In this document: one piece after another, positions 50,689 through 63,152 of the stretch
Layout of the letters: every line of letters begins with the position of its first letter
How positions within the stretch are numbered: the first letter of the stretch is position 1
Origin: Curvularia clavata
Taxonomy: Eukaryota
Length of the DNA stretch: 64,000 nucleotides
Direction: 5' to 3'
Assembly: GCA_023920165.1 (NCBI GenBank)
Contig: CP089280.1
Location: 1,550,001-1,614,000 of the forward strand
The notes under the pieces: generated by a model
What the model was told of the DNA's origin: nothing
The model's input: only the letters and a program-made list of their open reading frames with translations
Database searches by the model: none
Program-made: the position numbers and the translations under genes

Positions 50689-53155
50689 CTAGTACCTTCC
50701 ACCTGGTGGTGGTTGGCCGTACTGCTGCTGGCCTGGGTATCCACCAGGGCCACCCTGCGGCGGTCGCTGGCCATACTGACCTGGCGGCGGTGCTCCATAT
50801 CCTTGGCCTGGTGGAGGTGCACCGTATTGGCCTTGGGGCGGTGGCGCGCCGTATTGACCTTGTCCTGGTGGGCCTCCATACTGGCCCGGTGGGGGACCTC
50901 CGTACTGGCCTGGTGGAGGGCCGCCATATTGGCCTGGCGGAGCACCGTACTGTCCTGGAGGGGCGCCGTATCCACCGGGTGGAGGGTTGGTCTTCTCGTC
51001 CTTAGAATCGTAACTACGGTCAATAGCACCAAGAAGGAGCTTGATGATCCAGAGATCGGGGGTAAGGTCCACAGGGGGGTTGGCGCGCATCATCTCTTCT
51101 TGCTCATTCTCGAAGTCTATGCGATATTAGCAAGGAACCTCATTTGATAAACGTCAACTTACTGGAAGTGCAATCAACCTCTGGTCCAATGACAGGGTGC
51201 TCGTCGAGTTTGCCGAGGAACTTCCTGGCAGCCTCGTCGTTGCCAACCTGAGCAAACTCGAACGCAACAGCACCTCGTCCATACTGTGGGATGCCCTTGA
51301 GAGTATCAAAAGCATACTGGATAGTGTCGAAGATGGCGTTCTGAGGCTCTCCGGCTGGCTGACCATCGGTGATGGCAATGACGAGTACAGGCTTGTGAAG
51401 CTGGCCGCTCCTTGCCTTCTGGAGAACGATGCCGTCGATGACCTTTTGACGCATAGCAGTACCCATAGGTGTAAGACCCTTGAATTGCACTCCACGCATG
51501 ATCTGCTCAATCTGGGCTTCAGAAGCGACGCCATCCTGGAGAGGACGTCCTTGTTGGTCGCGTGCGTTGGACAGATCAGTGTTCATGAAGCGAATGGAGA
51601 TGCCATCGGCGTCGAAGAGAGTAGCAGCAAAAGAAACACGCTCCAAAATAAGGCGCAGGTCCTTGATGCGGCTGCCTTCTTCCTCGAACTGCATAGAACC
51701 ACTGTCGTCTATCAGGTGTCAGTTGCGCTCTCAATGAGAAAATCGGCAAACGTACCGATGTACAGTACGATATCGTACAAAGCAAGTTTGACAATATCAT
51801 TGGCAATTTCCTTTGCAACACGCCAGCGCTGGATGACCTGGTTGATCTTGGCACCAGCCTGTTGAGCGATCTGGGTGATTCTGGGGTCATTAGGCGGGTA
51901 GAAGCTTTGAAGATTTTTTTCCTGGATACAGGCGAGCAGAAGTTGCTTATAGCCTTCTACCTCAGCAGGGCTGCCTTGGGATAGCTGTTGGGGAGGCGGT
52001 CCGCCAGGGTATCCTCCCTGAGCTGGAGGAGCACCATATTGACCCTGTGGAGGTTGTCCTGGGGGTCCACCCTAATTGTACGTTAGCGAGTGCTCGATAA
52101 GTTGACATTTTTGGTAGCATGAGCCATGAAAAATGTATATAAAGTTACACAAAAAAGTAAAGGCATTGAAATGACAAAAGGTTGCGCGACGAAGACCCAG
52201 GATCAATCCTATCAAAGAAAAGACAGACAGAAGAGGCTAATTAGTACGAACATTTGGCTGGAAGGACGGCGACATGGGCTGGTTGTACGGCTGAGGCGGC
52301 TGTCCATAGGCTGGCTGCTGTGGCTGTCCCCACTGACCCTGCTGGCCGTAAGGCTGTTGTCCATATGGTTGTGGAGGTGGAGGTTGGTTCCACTGGGCTG
52401 GCGGTGCCTGACCGGGGTAGGGAGACTGGGGTTGTTGACCTGGGGGTGGCGGAGGAGGTCTATTGTAACCCGACTGTCCTTGAGGGTACGGCGAAGATGA
52501 GCCATATGGACTTGGAGCGGGAGGTTGTGTGTAGGGTGATTGTGGTGGCGCATAGGAGCCTGGGCGCTGCGGTATAGGAGGGCCAGGTTGTTGTGGTGCA
52601 TACGGATTCGGCGCCTGTCCGGAGGGAGGCTGGTAGGCGTTGTAGCTGGACGCCATTTTGCTTGACAGAGGCATGTGTGGCTAGGGTCCTGGAGCGAAAT
52701 GTGGCGTGTAGAGTCCAGAGGGCTTGTGTTCCATGAGGGCGCGGGGCTTATTGAGGGTAAAAAGTAGAGTGGGGACTCGTCATAGGCTCACGGATGCCCA
52801 GTCGCGTGTGGCGTACAAAAAAGCAGGTGATGACGATGCAACAGAGCGGGAACTAAAAAGAAAGAGCTTTGACTTACCCCCGGAGCACCGGCACCTTGGG
52901 CACCTGGGTAGGCCTGGTACTGTTGCTGTCCAGGCTGCGTACACGTTAGCGGGCGGACATTTCTCGTTGCTACCTGATGGCCCAACACTTACATATCCAG
53001 GCTGTCCACCTGGAGGCATGCCTGCTGCAGCGTTTGCTGCAGCCATCTTGCTTGCGAGCTGTCATTTTGTCAGCTTAATCTGCACTTGGATGACGCAGGC
53101 GGGGTGGTGGGGGATGGAGGGGCAGCCAAGGAGCCAGAGAATCACCTACACCCAT
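50689..53155 (-). CDS. vWA-domain protein flanked by Pro/Gly/Gln/Tyr-rich low-complexity regions (RfeF-like), multi-exon
   Basis: [11 protein letters not shown] start. Core [41 protein letters not shown] and KLLLGAID. C-terminal YG(A/G)PPPGQ repeats. Confidence 0.85.
50700..50975 (-). repeat. Coding tandem repeats YG(A/G)PP(P)GQ, about 9 copies
   Basis: Translation [68 protein letters not shown]. Confidence 0.85.
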
Positions 53156-54505
53156 GGCTATCTGTTGCTTGGGAGCTTCTCGCGGTTCTTCGGGATCAAG
53201 GAGAATTCAAGCAAGGCTGATTCTGTCGGTGGAACTCTCCGGGTTATAGCTTCTGGCAGATGGAGGGGCGTGGGTGCCTTGGGCACTGTTCGTAGGAAGG
53301 ATGCAGCTGGAGGGCGGGTCAGCACAAACGTCTTGGTCAGCTCAGCCCCAAAGGCAGGCGCCTATGCACCGCCTGATGGGCGATTACATCCATCATTGGC
53401 CAAGTGGGTTGGGCTCCAGGCGTAGGTGATGAAATGTGGGACGTAATTGAGGCTGAGCTGTCACCAAACCGGAAAAAGCGCCATGTTTGTCATGCTGGCA
53501 CTTACGAACGAGCGGGGCACTACCGAGTACAGGCGACCAAGTACGAAGTAATCATTCGACTGTGCACTCGGTGTGTTAGGGTAGAGTACAGTGTACAGAC
53601 AAGGCTTCCATGCTTCACCCGGCGAGGGGTTGTAGGCCTTATATGGTCTGAGCAGTTGTGTATAGGTTCATCCCAACTGTACTGTTGTAGCACAGCCACC
53701 ATCATGAACAAGCCCAGCCACACAACCCTAAGAACACGTCATTCGAGCAGCTGATATCAGATTACTTTGTCCAATTATCTTTGTGTCAGCATTCCATACC
53801 AACCAATGGCTGTGATTGGAAGCTACCAAGCTTCTCTAACAATCGCAATCCAGCCTTATAGCTGAACATCCAAACAAATTTAATAAGAGTAAATCAAAAA
53901 CGACTGTACGACCCATCCTGTTGCAGGAAAAAAAGTCGTACATGGTTCACCCCCGATCTTGCCTATTGATCAAAGAAATAATGAAAAAGTCAGGCGTCAT
54001 GTTCGTTTTACAGCTTGTTTTATCTGTGACGTTTTCCAAATAGTCGTTCCCAATGTGAAGGTTCAACACCACATTTTCTCTATGCCAGGATGTATGTTCT
54101 AGATTCCCTATAAGGGTATTTTGCATGGCCATCTCCTGATATCTAACACAATAAACTTTTTCATCTCCGTTCAAGATACTAAATTCAACACTGCTGCAAG
54201 ACTTGTATATCATTTGAGTTGCATTCTCCTAAGGAGATTCGGGAATGGTTGATTCTGCGTGTAACGGAGCAGACTTGGTATAGTGATACATCAAAGTGCT
54301 TAGCTAGTTGAATGCATCGCTTCACCCAAGACACGATGCCTCCAGTGTCATCAGCTCTGATCCTTAGCCCGAGGAGCTGTGCCCTTCTAGACGCGATGCC
54401 CCGCAACCCCGCCGCCACATCCTGTATATCATGATTGGGCAACTCCCTTTCCTAAACACGACTACCAACATCAATCACCTCTTTCACCAAAACGACGAAT
54501 AGATC

Positions 54506-55394
54506 ATGTCGAACCAAGAGATTAATAACGCGCGCTTCAGCGCCGAAGCGCTCGAATGGGATAATAACAAGAAGCACGTAGAATCGACCCGTAACGCCCT
54601 TGAAGCCATCAAGCGCTACGTACCAGCGTTCCAAGACGGCTCAAACAAAGGTATATACTTCTATATTTCCCTCATCTACACGAATTCTCAATAATTTACA
54701 ATAAATACGTTACTTTTGCTATGAATTCTTGCCAAAACACATCTAACATCAGTCTCTCTATCCCCCAACCACAGACCTCGATGTCCTAGAAATCGGCTGC
54801 GGTACTGGCCTCCTCTCCTTCATGCTGGCACCCCACGTGCGCAGCCTCGTTGGCGTCGACACCGCAGAAGGCATGATTAGCGCTTTCGACACCAAGCTGG
54901 CCGACCTGCCGACCGACACGCCCAATCTATGCGCCATCAACCACTTCCTTACTAACCCGGACACGCACGAGTTGCAGAGTGCGGCTGCGCTGCTAGCTAC
55001 GAATCGTGGAGAGAAGCCAGCACCGCCGTACCACTACCGGTTTGATCTGGTCGTCTCGCATTTGACCCTACATCATATCCCATCAATGCCGGATATCCTG
55101 CAGACGATGCACAAGTGCCTGAGGCACGGAGGTGTCGTAGCATTGACTGATTACGAGGATTTTGGCCCAGAGGCTGTACCGTTTCATCCTATTAGCAAGA
55201 GACCTGGAGTAGAGAGACATGGAATTAAAAAGGCCGAGATCGAGGAGATGTTGCTGGGGACGGGGTTCAACGAGGTCAGAGTCGAGGAGGCGTTTGTGCT
55301 GAGAAAGGAGGTCGAGGCCGAGGATGGAAAGCCAGCGAGGGAGATGGACTTCCCGTTTTTAATTTGCTTTGGTGTTAAGAGTTGGGAATGCTGA
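54506..55394 (+). CDS. Class I SAM-dependent methyltransferase, 2 exons
   Basis: Motif I DVLEIGCGTGLLS, LVGVDTAEGMI and FDLVVSHLTLHHIP. Intron ~54651-54774. Confidence 0.9.
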
Positions 55395-55459
55395 GAATAA
55401 AACGGCGGATTGCTAGATTGATGAAAAAAAAAAAATGCAAAAAAGGGGGTCGTAGGCGT

Positions 55460-56375
55460 TTAGAAATCTTTCATCAAATCGTTGACAGCTTTGGCTGCAA
55501 AACGCTTTCTTTCGGCCTCTTCCATGCCCTCGCCCATTTCTTTGATAGCAACCATTTTTCGCATCATGACCTCGAGATCATCCACATCTCTGTCGTCTGT
55601 TTCCCCCTCCTCATCGCCATCATACCCTGCGAGTGCGCTTTTCATGTCGAATAGCTCCATGTTCATTTCGGCCTCCTCAGCTTCGAAGCTGTTCTCAAAT
55701 CCCTCGTCATCGCCAAAGTCCAGGCCCGCTGTATTTTCCCATTCCGCCGCCTCAAGCGCTTCCCGCACTCGCTGCACTCCTGTGGCCTCGCCAAACTCAT
55801 TCTTCCCGTTCTTCTCCGAGTCAATGTATTCGAAGCCATAATCCATAGCCAACTCTTCCCACTCCTCATTGCTCTTATCCAGAAACGGTGTGATGGATTG
55901 TGGCATCGCAACCGCTAGACACGCGACGTCGCCACCGTAGCCACATGCGCGTTCAATTACATCAGAGATTGCCTGCATCGTCTCCTTGACCGTTTCCAAG
56001 TCTTTAGCCTCGACTGGCTTCTTAAAGCAGTATACCCATGCACCGAGCGCTGTAACGACTTCGCGGGCTTCTGGCTTGATGAATTCGGTGCGCCACTCGG
56101 CGACGTTGGGCAACTCGTCGATCCATATGGGTAAGGTAGCGGTGTAGTACTTTGTTTCGAGGCGCCATTCATGTGTGAGACCAGCGGTGGTGTTGGACGT
56201 GGGTTCTGGCGCGGAGCCTGTGAGCTCTACAGGATGATTAGCGCATCATGCAGAGGCAACAACGGTGATGCATACCTTTGAGAAGCGGCAATACGCCAGC
56301 GTCTGGCGCCCCGACGACAAGAATGCGTCGCGGGTTCTTAATATCCATGGTCTCTATGCCGTCCATGCCGTCCAT
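55460..56375 (-). CDS. IRC6: Alpha/gamma-adaptin-binding protein p34 (IRC6-like)
   Basis: TAGLTHEW.LETKYY...PIWIDE, GFEYID, NEFGEATGVQRVREALEA and ERKRFAAKAVNDLM. One intron ~56275-56228. In-frame ATGs at 56375, 56366 and 56348. Confidence 0.8.
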
Positions 56376-56770
56376 GTTGTGCTGTGCTGGAAAAAAGTAT
56401 CAGGTTGCGGAGTTCTCGGGGGTGATCCGTCGACCTTGCATTGTGGGGCAATAGTCCGCGATGATCAAAAGCAACGACTACTACGCTTAGACTGGGCTCT
56501 AACCGTAGCAGCGACATGTGCTATCACACATCACGCCATAATTTTGCAATTTTGTGAACTGAGTATCCATTCGTGTCTCAAGGTATCATCAAATTTGCTA
56601 TACCGATTTTCAGCGTATGCCCAGTAATAGTAATCTGGTTTCATACCTGTCGGTTTTTCTCCTTGTCATGCATCCATCGCATAGAGCGTATCTTCGCAGT
56701 CGCTGCGCTTGGGGTTGCTTGTTCACTGCTCCCAATCAAGTTGTGTCTTTGTCGAAACCTCTCTCATTCT

Positions 56771-57275
56771 TCAACGTCCACCACCTCGAGTGCTAGCCCT
56801 TGCCCTGTTGACCGTAGCCCTGCCACGTGCAAGACCAACACCACGACCCCTCGTGCCTCTCGATCGGAACATGGGAGCATTCCTATGTGGAGTCAGTACC
56901 TGGTTTCAAGACGATTTTGTTGACGAGCCTACCTCAACATGTCCGGCACAATGAAGTATCGCACATGGCTTCCTCTGATGTACACTTGTTCGAGATGTGA
57001 GACACGACCGTCGCGAGCAGTCACGGTAATATCCTTGAGCTGGACGTTCATGTTGTCCTCAGCTGCGATCTGTTAGCAGGGGCTTTGGAGTTGCAAGTCG
57101 AATTGGCGCGCACCTTCAATCAGCTTGCCACGGTAGACCTCGCCAGATGTGATTTCGAGTGTAACAATGTGTCCCTGTTCCGTATCAGCGCCAACACTAG
57201 ATAATGTGAGAAGTGTGATGCGCATACCGCTGCCTCGTTGAGGAGCTTGATCGGAATACCAATAGTGCTCGTCAT
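56771..57275 (-). CDS. SMD3: Small nuclear ribonucleoprotein Sm D3, 4 exons
   Basis: [84 protein letters not shown], then an RG-rich tail. Not recovered by the ORF track. Confidence 0.95.
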
Positions 57276-57584
57276 TTTTGCGAATCGAGATTTAGATTTG
57301 GATTACAGATTTCGCAGCTAGCCGTACGCGTGCTGGAGGTTGTGAGGATGCTTCGTCGAGTTTCGCAAAAGGTGGTGAGCCGGGCGGTGCAGGTGGATGC
57401 GGTCGTGGAGTCGTCGATATGGTCGCCGAACAACGCACAGTTCAGATTTTAAGGGTACCGTCAGAGCGACCACAGTTGGCACGTGTGGATGCTTTGGGTG
57501 TAGGCGACTACGCGTGCCAATATCACTGTCTACAGAAAGTTGAAGGTTGAGCTTGGACCACCCACTTAGTCATCACACCGACTA

Positions 57585-59426
57585 ACGTGCGCCACCAGTG
57601 AGCTGGCCACACCAGTGAGCTGGCCGCCCCACCAAACCTGACCTGCCGCGACACACAATAGATCCACAACAACGTGATGAAATTAGATAGAATATGGAAG
57701 TAACATTCACTATCTAGTTTTGCAGGTAGTCCGAGTGTGTCCTTGAACGTGGCACTTCGTGCACGTTGGCGGCGCGCGTTGACGTCGCTGACTGCCCTCA
57801 CTCTGCCCAACCTCCGCGACCACCCTTTCTACCTCTGCAGCAAGCTGCTGAGCCTGCTGCACCCGAAGAACTCCACCAGAAGCAATATATTGACGCTGCT
57901 GAGATTTCTTCCTTTGCCGAAGCTCACTACCCTGACGTAGCTTCTTATTCTCTTCGGCAAGTATTGTCGCTAATTACATTGCAATCTGACAGCCCTTAAT
58001 AACTTGGCGGAGAAGCTGGCTTATTAGGCTCTGAGATTCCCGATGAAGACGGTCTTGAAGACATTTTACCTGCTGCTAAAGCTGAGCTACTATACGGGGC
58101 ATCTCTGCCTGCTAGGCGCTATTAGCGTCGTTATTATCTATAGTTGTCTATAGTAGAGTTGGCGTTTAGATAACGTTAAGCGACGAGAGAACACGATCTA
58201 GAGAAGAAGGGATAAAACCCGTCGCCCAAAAGCCTGCCTAGATGTTCTGCTACATGAATATAGTCGGCCAGATCCGTACATAGGCTATAAGGAAGTCGAT
58301 CTTGTCAACGTGGTAGATACCTTGTCGGGCGAGCTCCTCGATCTCGCGTCCGTACGCGCGCTTAAGAGGAGAGTAGCAGCCTACGTCTAGAGGCTAGAGA
58401 AGATAGAAGGTATACGGCGGCATGCAGAGAGTAATAATCTTATTCTCGGCGCAGTACTGGTCGAACTCTGGCGTAGCGTAGCTGCTATAGCCATCTACAA
58501 TAAGAAGTCGATAGACTCCAGCTGTACGAGCCGCTATATGCTGGTTGAAGTGCTTTGCCCACTCTACACCAAGCTCGTCTGTCGTCCAGCCGTTGTCTAA
58601 TACGCCAACAGTCCAGTCGAGTGGGAGCTTATCATACCAACTAGCCTGGTAGACCTTACCAGACAAGATTACGAACGATAGTAGACACCAGCCAGACGCG
58701 TTAACGCACTCGATTGCCGTAACCCACTCGCGATTGCCTGGCTAGACGACGACTACACGACCGACTCTATCAGAGCTAGTGACTACTTTTGATGTTGCAG
58801 CGACGCTCATAGCGAATCTAGTCTCATCAAAGTTGTAGATATCTTGATCTAGAACGCCGTACGTCTGACGCGTCTCCTCTACTAGCTTAAACTAGGCTGT
58901 AATTACAGTAGGATTCTCACACTAGGCACGCTCGCTACTAATTCGTCTACTCCACTTTATCTGAAGCTCTGGCTAGCTCTTAATAAAGCGCGACACCCAG
59001 CATTTGCCCACAGGTAGGGGAGGTAGATCTTGGCCACGCGCGGCAAGAAGAGCGTCTGCCATTCGTCGCACATCGATAATATGGGGTGGAAAACCACGTC
59101 GATCTAGATCTAGGATCCACTATACGAGAGACTACTCTTTAGTAGGTAATAGCTTTCTTTTCTTAGCATTAGCAAGAGCTTAGGGCTGGCTACCTTAAAG
59201 GCGGTTATAGAGTATTAAACGAGGGATATTAAATAGCTTTACAGCTTTACATTAGCTATTTATTTAATATTTTTAAATTGATTAGAATGCAAGACAAAGT
59301 CTTCCTTGCCTTTAAGGCGATATACAGCGTTGTTGTCGCGGCATTATAGTTATTGTATAGAGCGTCGGGTCAGGTTTGGTGGGGTGGCCGGATGACTGAT
59401 CTGGCCGGATGACTGATCCTTGACGT
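57585..59426 (-). mobile_element. Fot1/pogo-type (Tc1/mariner) DNA transposon, copy 1, heavily RIP-mutated
   Basis: TA-flanked, ACGT termini, 1842 bp. Fragmented DDE transposase (NGWTTDE, IVDGYSSY) collinear with copy 2, with many TAA/TAG stops. Confidence 0.92.
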
Positions 59427-59436
59427 TAACTAGTTA

Positions 59437-61268
59437 ACGTCAAGGATCAGCAAGCTGGCCACCCCACCAAACCTATTAATCCAACTCTCTTCACCATTGA
59501 TCCACAACAACGCAGTAAAATTAGATAAAATTTAACGGATATAATTTATTGTCTAGATTTACACGAAGTGCGAGTGTGACCTTGAATATGGCAGTTTGTG
59601 CACGTCGGCGGCGCGCGCTGGCGTCGCTGACTGCCCTCACTCTGCTCTGCCTCTACAACTACTCTTTCTGCCTCTAAAGCGAGCTGCCGAGCCTGCTGCA
59701 CCTGGAGCACTCCGCCAGAAGCGATATATTGACGCGGCTGATTCTGCTTTTGTCGCTGGCGCTGATTTTCTTCACGTAGCTTTTTGTTCTCCTCCGCGAG
59801 TATTACTGCTGATTGCATTGCAAGCTGAGCGCTCTTAGCAAGCTGGCGGATAGCAATGCTTGTTGGACTCTCTGGCTGCCGCCGCAGTCGCTCTTGGAGA
59901 TAGCGCACCTGCTGCTGAAGCTGCTCTACTGTATGTGGTGTCTCTGTCTGCGCCGCTGCCTGCGCTGTAACGTTGTCATCTACAGTTGTCTGTGGTGGAG
60001 ACGGCGTCCGGACGACAGTTAGCGACGACAGAACACGATCTGGACAAGAAGGGACAAGACCTGTCGTTCGAAAGCCTGATTGGATATTCTGCTGCGTAAA
60101 TATAGTCGGCCGGATCCGTGTATAGGCTGTAAGGAAGTCGATCTTGTCGACGTGGTAGATACCTTGTCGGGCGAGCTCCTCGATCTCGCGTCCGTACGCG
60201 CGCTTAAGAGGGGAGTAGCAGCTTACGTCTAGAGGCTGGAGAAGATGGGAGGTATGTGGCGGCATACAGAGAGTAATAATCTTGTTATCGGCGCAGTACT
60301 GGTCGAACTCTGGCGTAGCGTGGCTGCTATGGCCGTCGAGGATAATAAGCCGATAGACTCCAGCTGTTCGAGCCGCTGTATGCTGATTGAAGTGCTTCAC
60401 CCACTCTAAGCCTAGCTCATCTATCGTCCAGCCGTTGTCTGACACGCCAATAGTCCAATCGAGTGGGAGGTCGCGGTACCAGCTGCTCTGGTGGACTTTA
60501 CCAGACAAGATTATGAACGGTGGAAGACACCAGCCAGACGCGTTGACGCACTCGATAGCTGTTACCCACTCGCGATTGCCTGGCTGTATTACAACTGCGC
60601 GGCCGACTCTATTAGAGCTAGTCACGACTTTTGATGTTGCAGCGACGCCCATTACGAATCCAGTCTCGTCAAAATTGTAGATATCTTGGTCAAGAACGCC
60701 ATACGTCTGTCGCGTCTCCTCTACTAGTTTAAACCACGCTGTAATTGCGATAGGATCCTCAGAACTAGCGCGCTGGCTATTAAGCTTTCTAGTCCACTTT
60801 ATCTAGAGCTCTAGCTGGCCTTAGATAAAGCGCGACACCCATTTCTTACCTACAGGTAGTGGAGGTGGATCTTGGCCACGCGCGGCGAGTAGAGCGTCTG
60901 CCATTCGTCGCACGTCGATGATATGGGGTGGAAAACCACGCCGGTCAAGGTCTAAGATCCACTGTACGAGAGAATGCTCTTCAATAGACGATAGCTTACA
61001 ATTAGCAGGTCGCACCTCAGATCGTGGCTGGGTACCACTGACGCGCGTCTGGAGTGTGGATCTTGGTACATCAAAGGCCATTGCAAGAGCGCGGAGAGAC
61101 TGTTTTGGATTATTACGATAGGACGCGATAGCAAGACTTATTCTGCCTTCACGAGAAGTCTGTATAGAGCGTTGTTGTCGCGGCATTATGGTAGTTGTAG
61201 AGAGAGTCGGATCAGGTGGGGTGGGGTGGCCAGCTTGCTGATCTGGCCAGCTTGCTGATCCTTGACGT
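59437..61268 (-). mobile_element. Fot1/pogo-type DNA transposon, copy 2, near-intact
   Basis: TIRs ACGTCAAGGATCAGCAAGCTGGCCA at both ends, TA on both sides, 1832 bp. Confidence 0.95.
59546..61186 (-). pseudogene. pogo/Fot1 DDE transposase with two in-frame stops
   Basis: HTH (FDVPRSTLQTR), NFDETGF, ILDGHSSH, LLQPLDVSCY and C-terminal CTNCHIQGH..C knuckle. TAA at 60821-60823 and TAG six codons later; the frame is otherwise continuous. Confidence 0.9.
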
Positions 61269-61854
61269 TAGTTATGATTTGGCCTAAACTTGTTCCTCTA
61301 TCCTCCATTCACGCTCCCTGTCAAACTAGCAAAACGTGAACGTCATACTTGCGCACTGTTTTCACTCTCCAAGAAAGATCTAGTAGCTATTGGGTGTGTA
61401 TTAGTACTACGATACTTTGCAGACATGGACCAATCACTCTGCATGTGTCCAACTTCACAACGAGGGATGCGACTGTGTTTCAAGATGAATTTCGGATATG
61501 GAATAGTACATAGCCCTCTCTGGGCTTGAGGAAAATATCGTGATAATAACAATCATTGAGCAGGCTTCTAAGCGAACATGCTCATCCTCTTCGCGAGTCT
61601 ATATCACCAGGCAATATCCTGCTCCCAAAAGCTCTAGAACGCGCCCATCTGGAGAAATGCTCACACGCATGTTTAGCCCCTCTGCATGTCATGTTATGGC
61701 GACTATCCATTTATTGTGAAAGATTCAATTGCCAGACACCACGTCTCTCTTAGGTGTACCAAGTCCACAAGAAACACTCTGTCGAAGTTCTCAAAATGGC
61801 AATACCGCAATTTTAAGGATTCAAGCGATTACGGTAGATGGCACGATTCTCATT

Positions 61855-63152
61855 CTACGGTCTTAATAGGGTGGACCTTTCCGTTGTCGTTCTCATATTT
61901 CTCCACGTCCATCTCGTAGTCGTCTTTTTGGAAGCTGTCGCTGTCTTTGTTATTGTCGTCCAGCTCTTTCTCGCCCGATGAATGTCAGAAGGTAATAGTA
62001 GAGGCGGGCTAATAGCCGCCAGGCCAAGTAACCTTGCACTTCTCCCATTAATAATCATCTCGCCTGCGTGCTTTGGACCCGACATAATGGCCTTGCTGAC
62101 ATGCTCTTGGATTAACAAATCGTGGAGATTTTGCATCGCCTTAGAGTTGAATCGATGCGGGCTAGGCTGCGGCGGACAATTTTCTAACTTTGCAGTTGAA
62201 ATCCTGGGACTACGGACCCGCGTAACTCAACGGCTGTGTGTTACGGTAGTGATTGTGGAACGTTGACCTGGGACATCTGTTTTATACAAATTTATCTCTG
62301 AGATGTTTTTCGCGGAGCGGGATATGATTCTTTGTACCAGAAATCCTGTCATCTCTCCACAGTCGGTCGATAGTAATGTTAAGCATGCCCATCGAATAGC
62401 TGGGATGTGTTCGGTAACGCGGCCGTGCGATGCATCTTCGGAGTCGGCATTTGCCTTTGGATCAGGGTCAATGATGACTGCCGTATAGTCGCCTGCCGTA
62501 AGCTTAGGCTTATCAGCATGATTTTCGACAGGTGCTTGCAAATGGTATGAAAGAACCGCTTTTTCATCTTGATAGAAGCTGTTTGCAACTGGGACAACTG
62601 CTGCTTTGGCATTGTGATGATACTCGCCTGTGGTTGTATGTTGTTCCATAAGTGCCCCGATGCCTCTATGGAAAGCCTCTCGAAGGATGGATATCGCAAG
62701 AAACGTATATAGCGATATAGTTTTCGGTTTCGTTTTCGTACATGTTGTGCCTGGATATGCTTTGTTAGTGTTGATTTCCCATAGTTATCTTCAACGTAAC
62801 TGATGGATGGTGGATGTTGTCCAGGATATACAAAAGATCTGGAATCACTTACAGGCAGATTGTCTTCAACTTGGAGATAAGCGCGGTATCGGCCGTACGA
62901 TGGCTTCTCCATGGGCTTTCTTCGGAGCACAATGAGAAGAGATACGCATTTTGTCTTTGCTACAACAACTGGGTTATAGAGCATAAGCTGTGCGCGACCG
63001 AGAAATTGATGTGACGTTTGGCACAGCCGAGATAGGGCTGTTACATTAGACCTGCGGTATGTATAGAGGTATGAGGCACTATAGAAAAATATATCATCTA
63101 GCAGATCTGAAATCCTAGCCATTTTGTGGTGTTCGTCATAGGCAGAGCTCAC
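61855..63152 (-). pseudogene. Fragmented hypothetical gene with F-box-like N-terminus
   Basis: MARISDLLDDIFFYSASYL..LSRLCQTSHQFLGRAQLMLY resembles fungal F-box starts. Coding potential is split over three minus-strand ORFs (62379, 62227, 61855). Confidence 0.4.

Noticed and set aside
53750..54250. AT-richer stretch as a transposon relic
   Set aside because: No terminal repeats, transposase similarity or clear TpA excess recognisable by eye.
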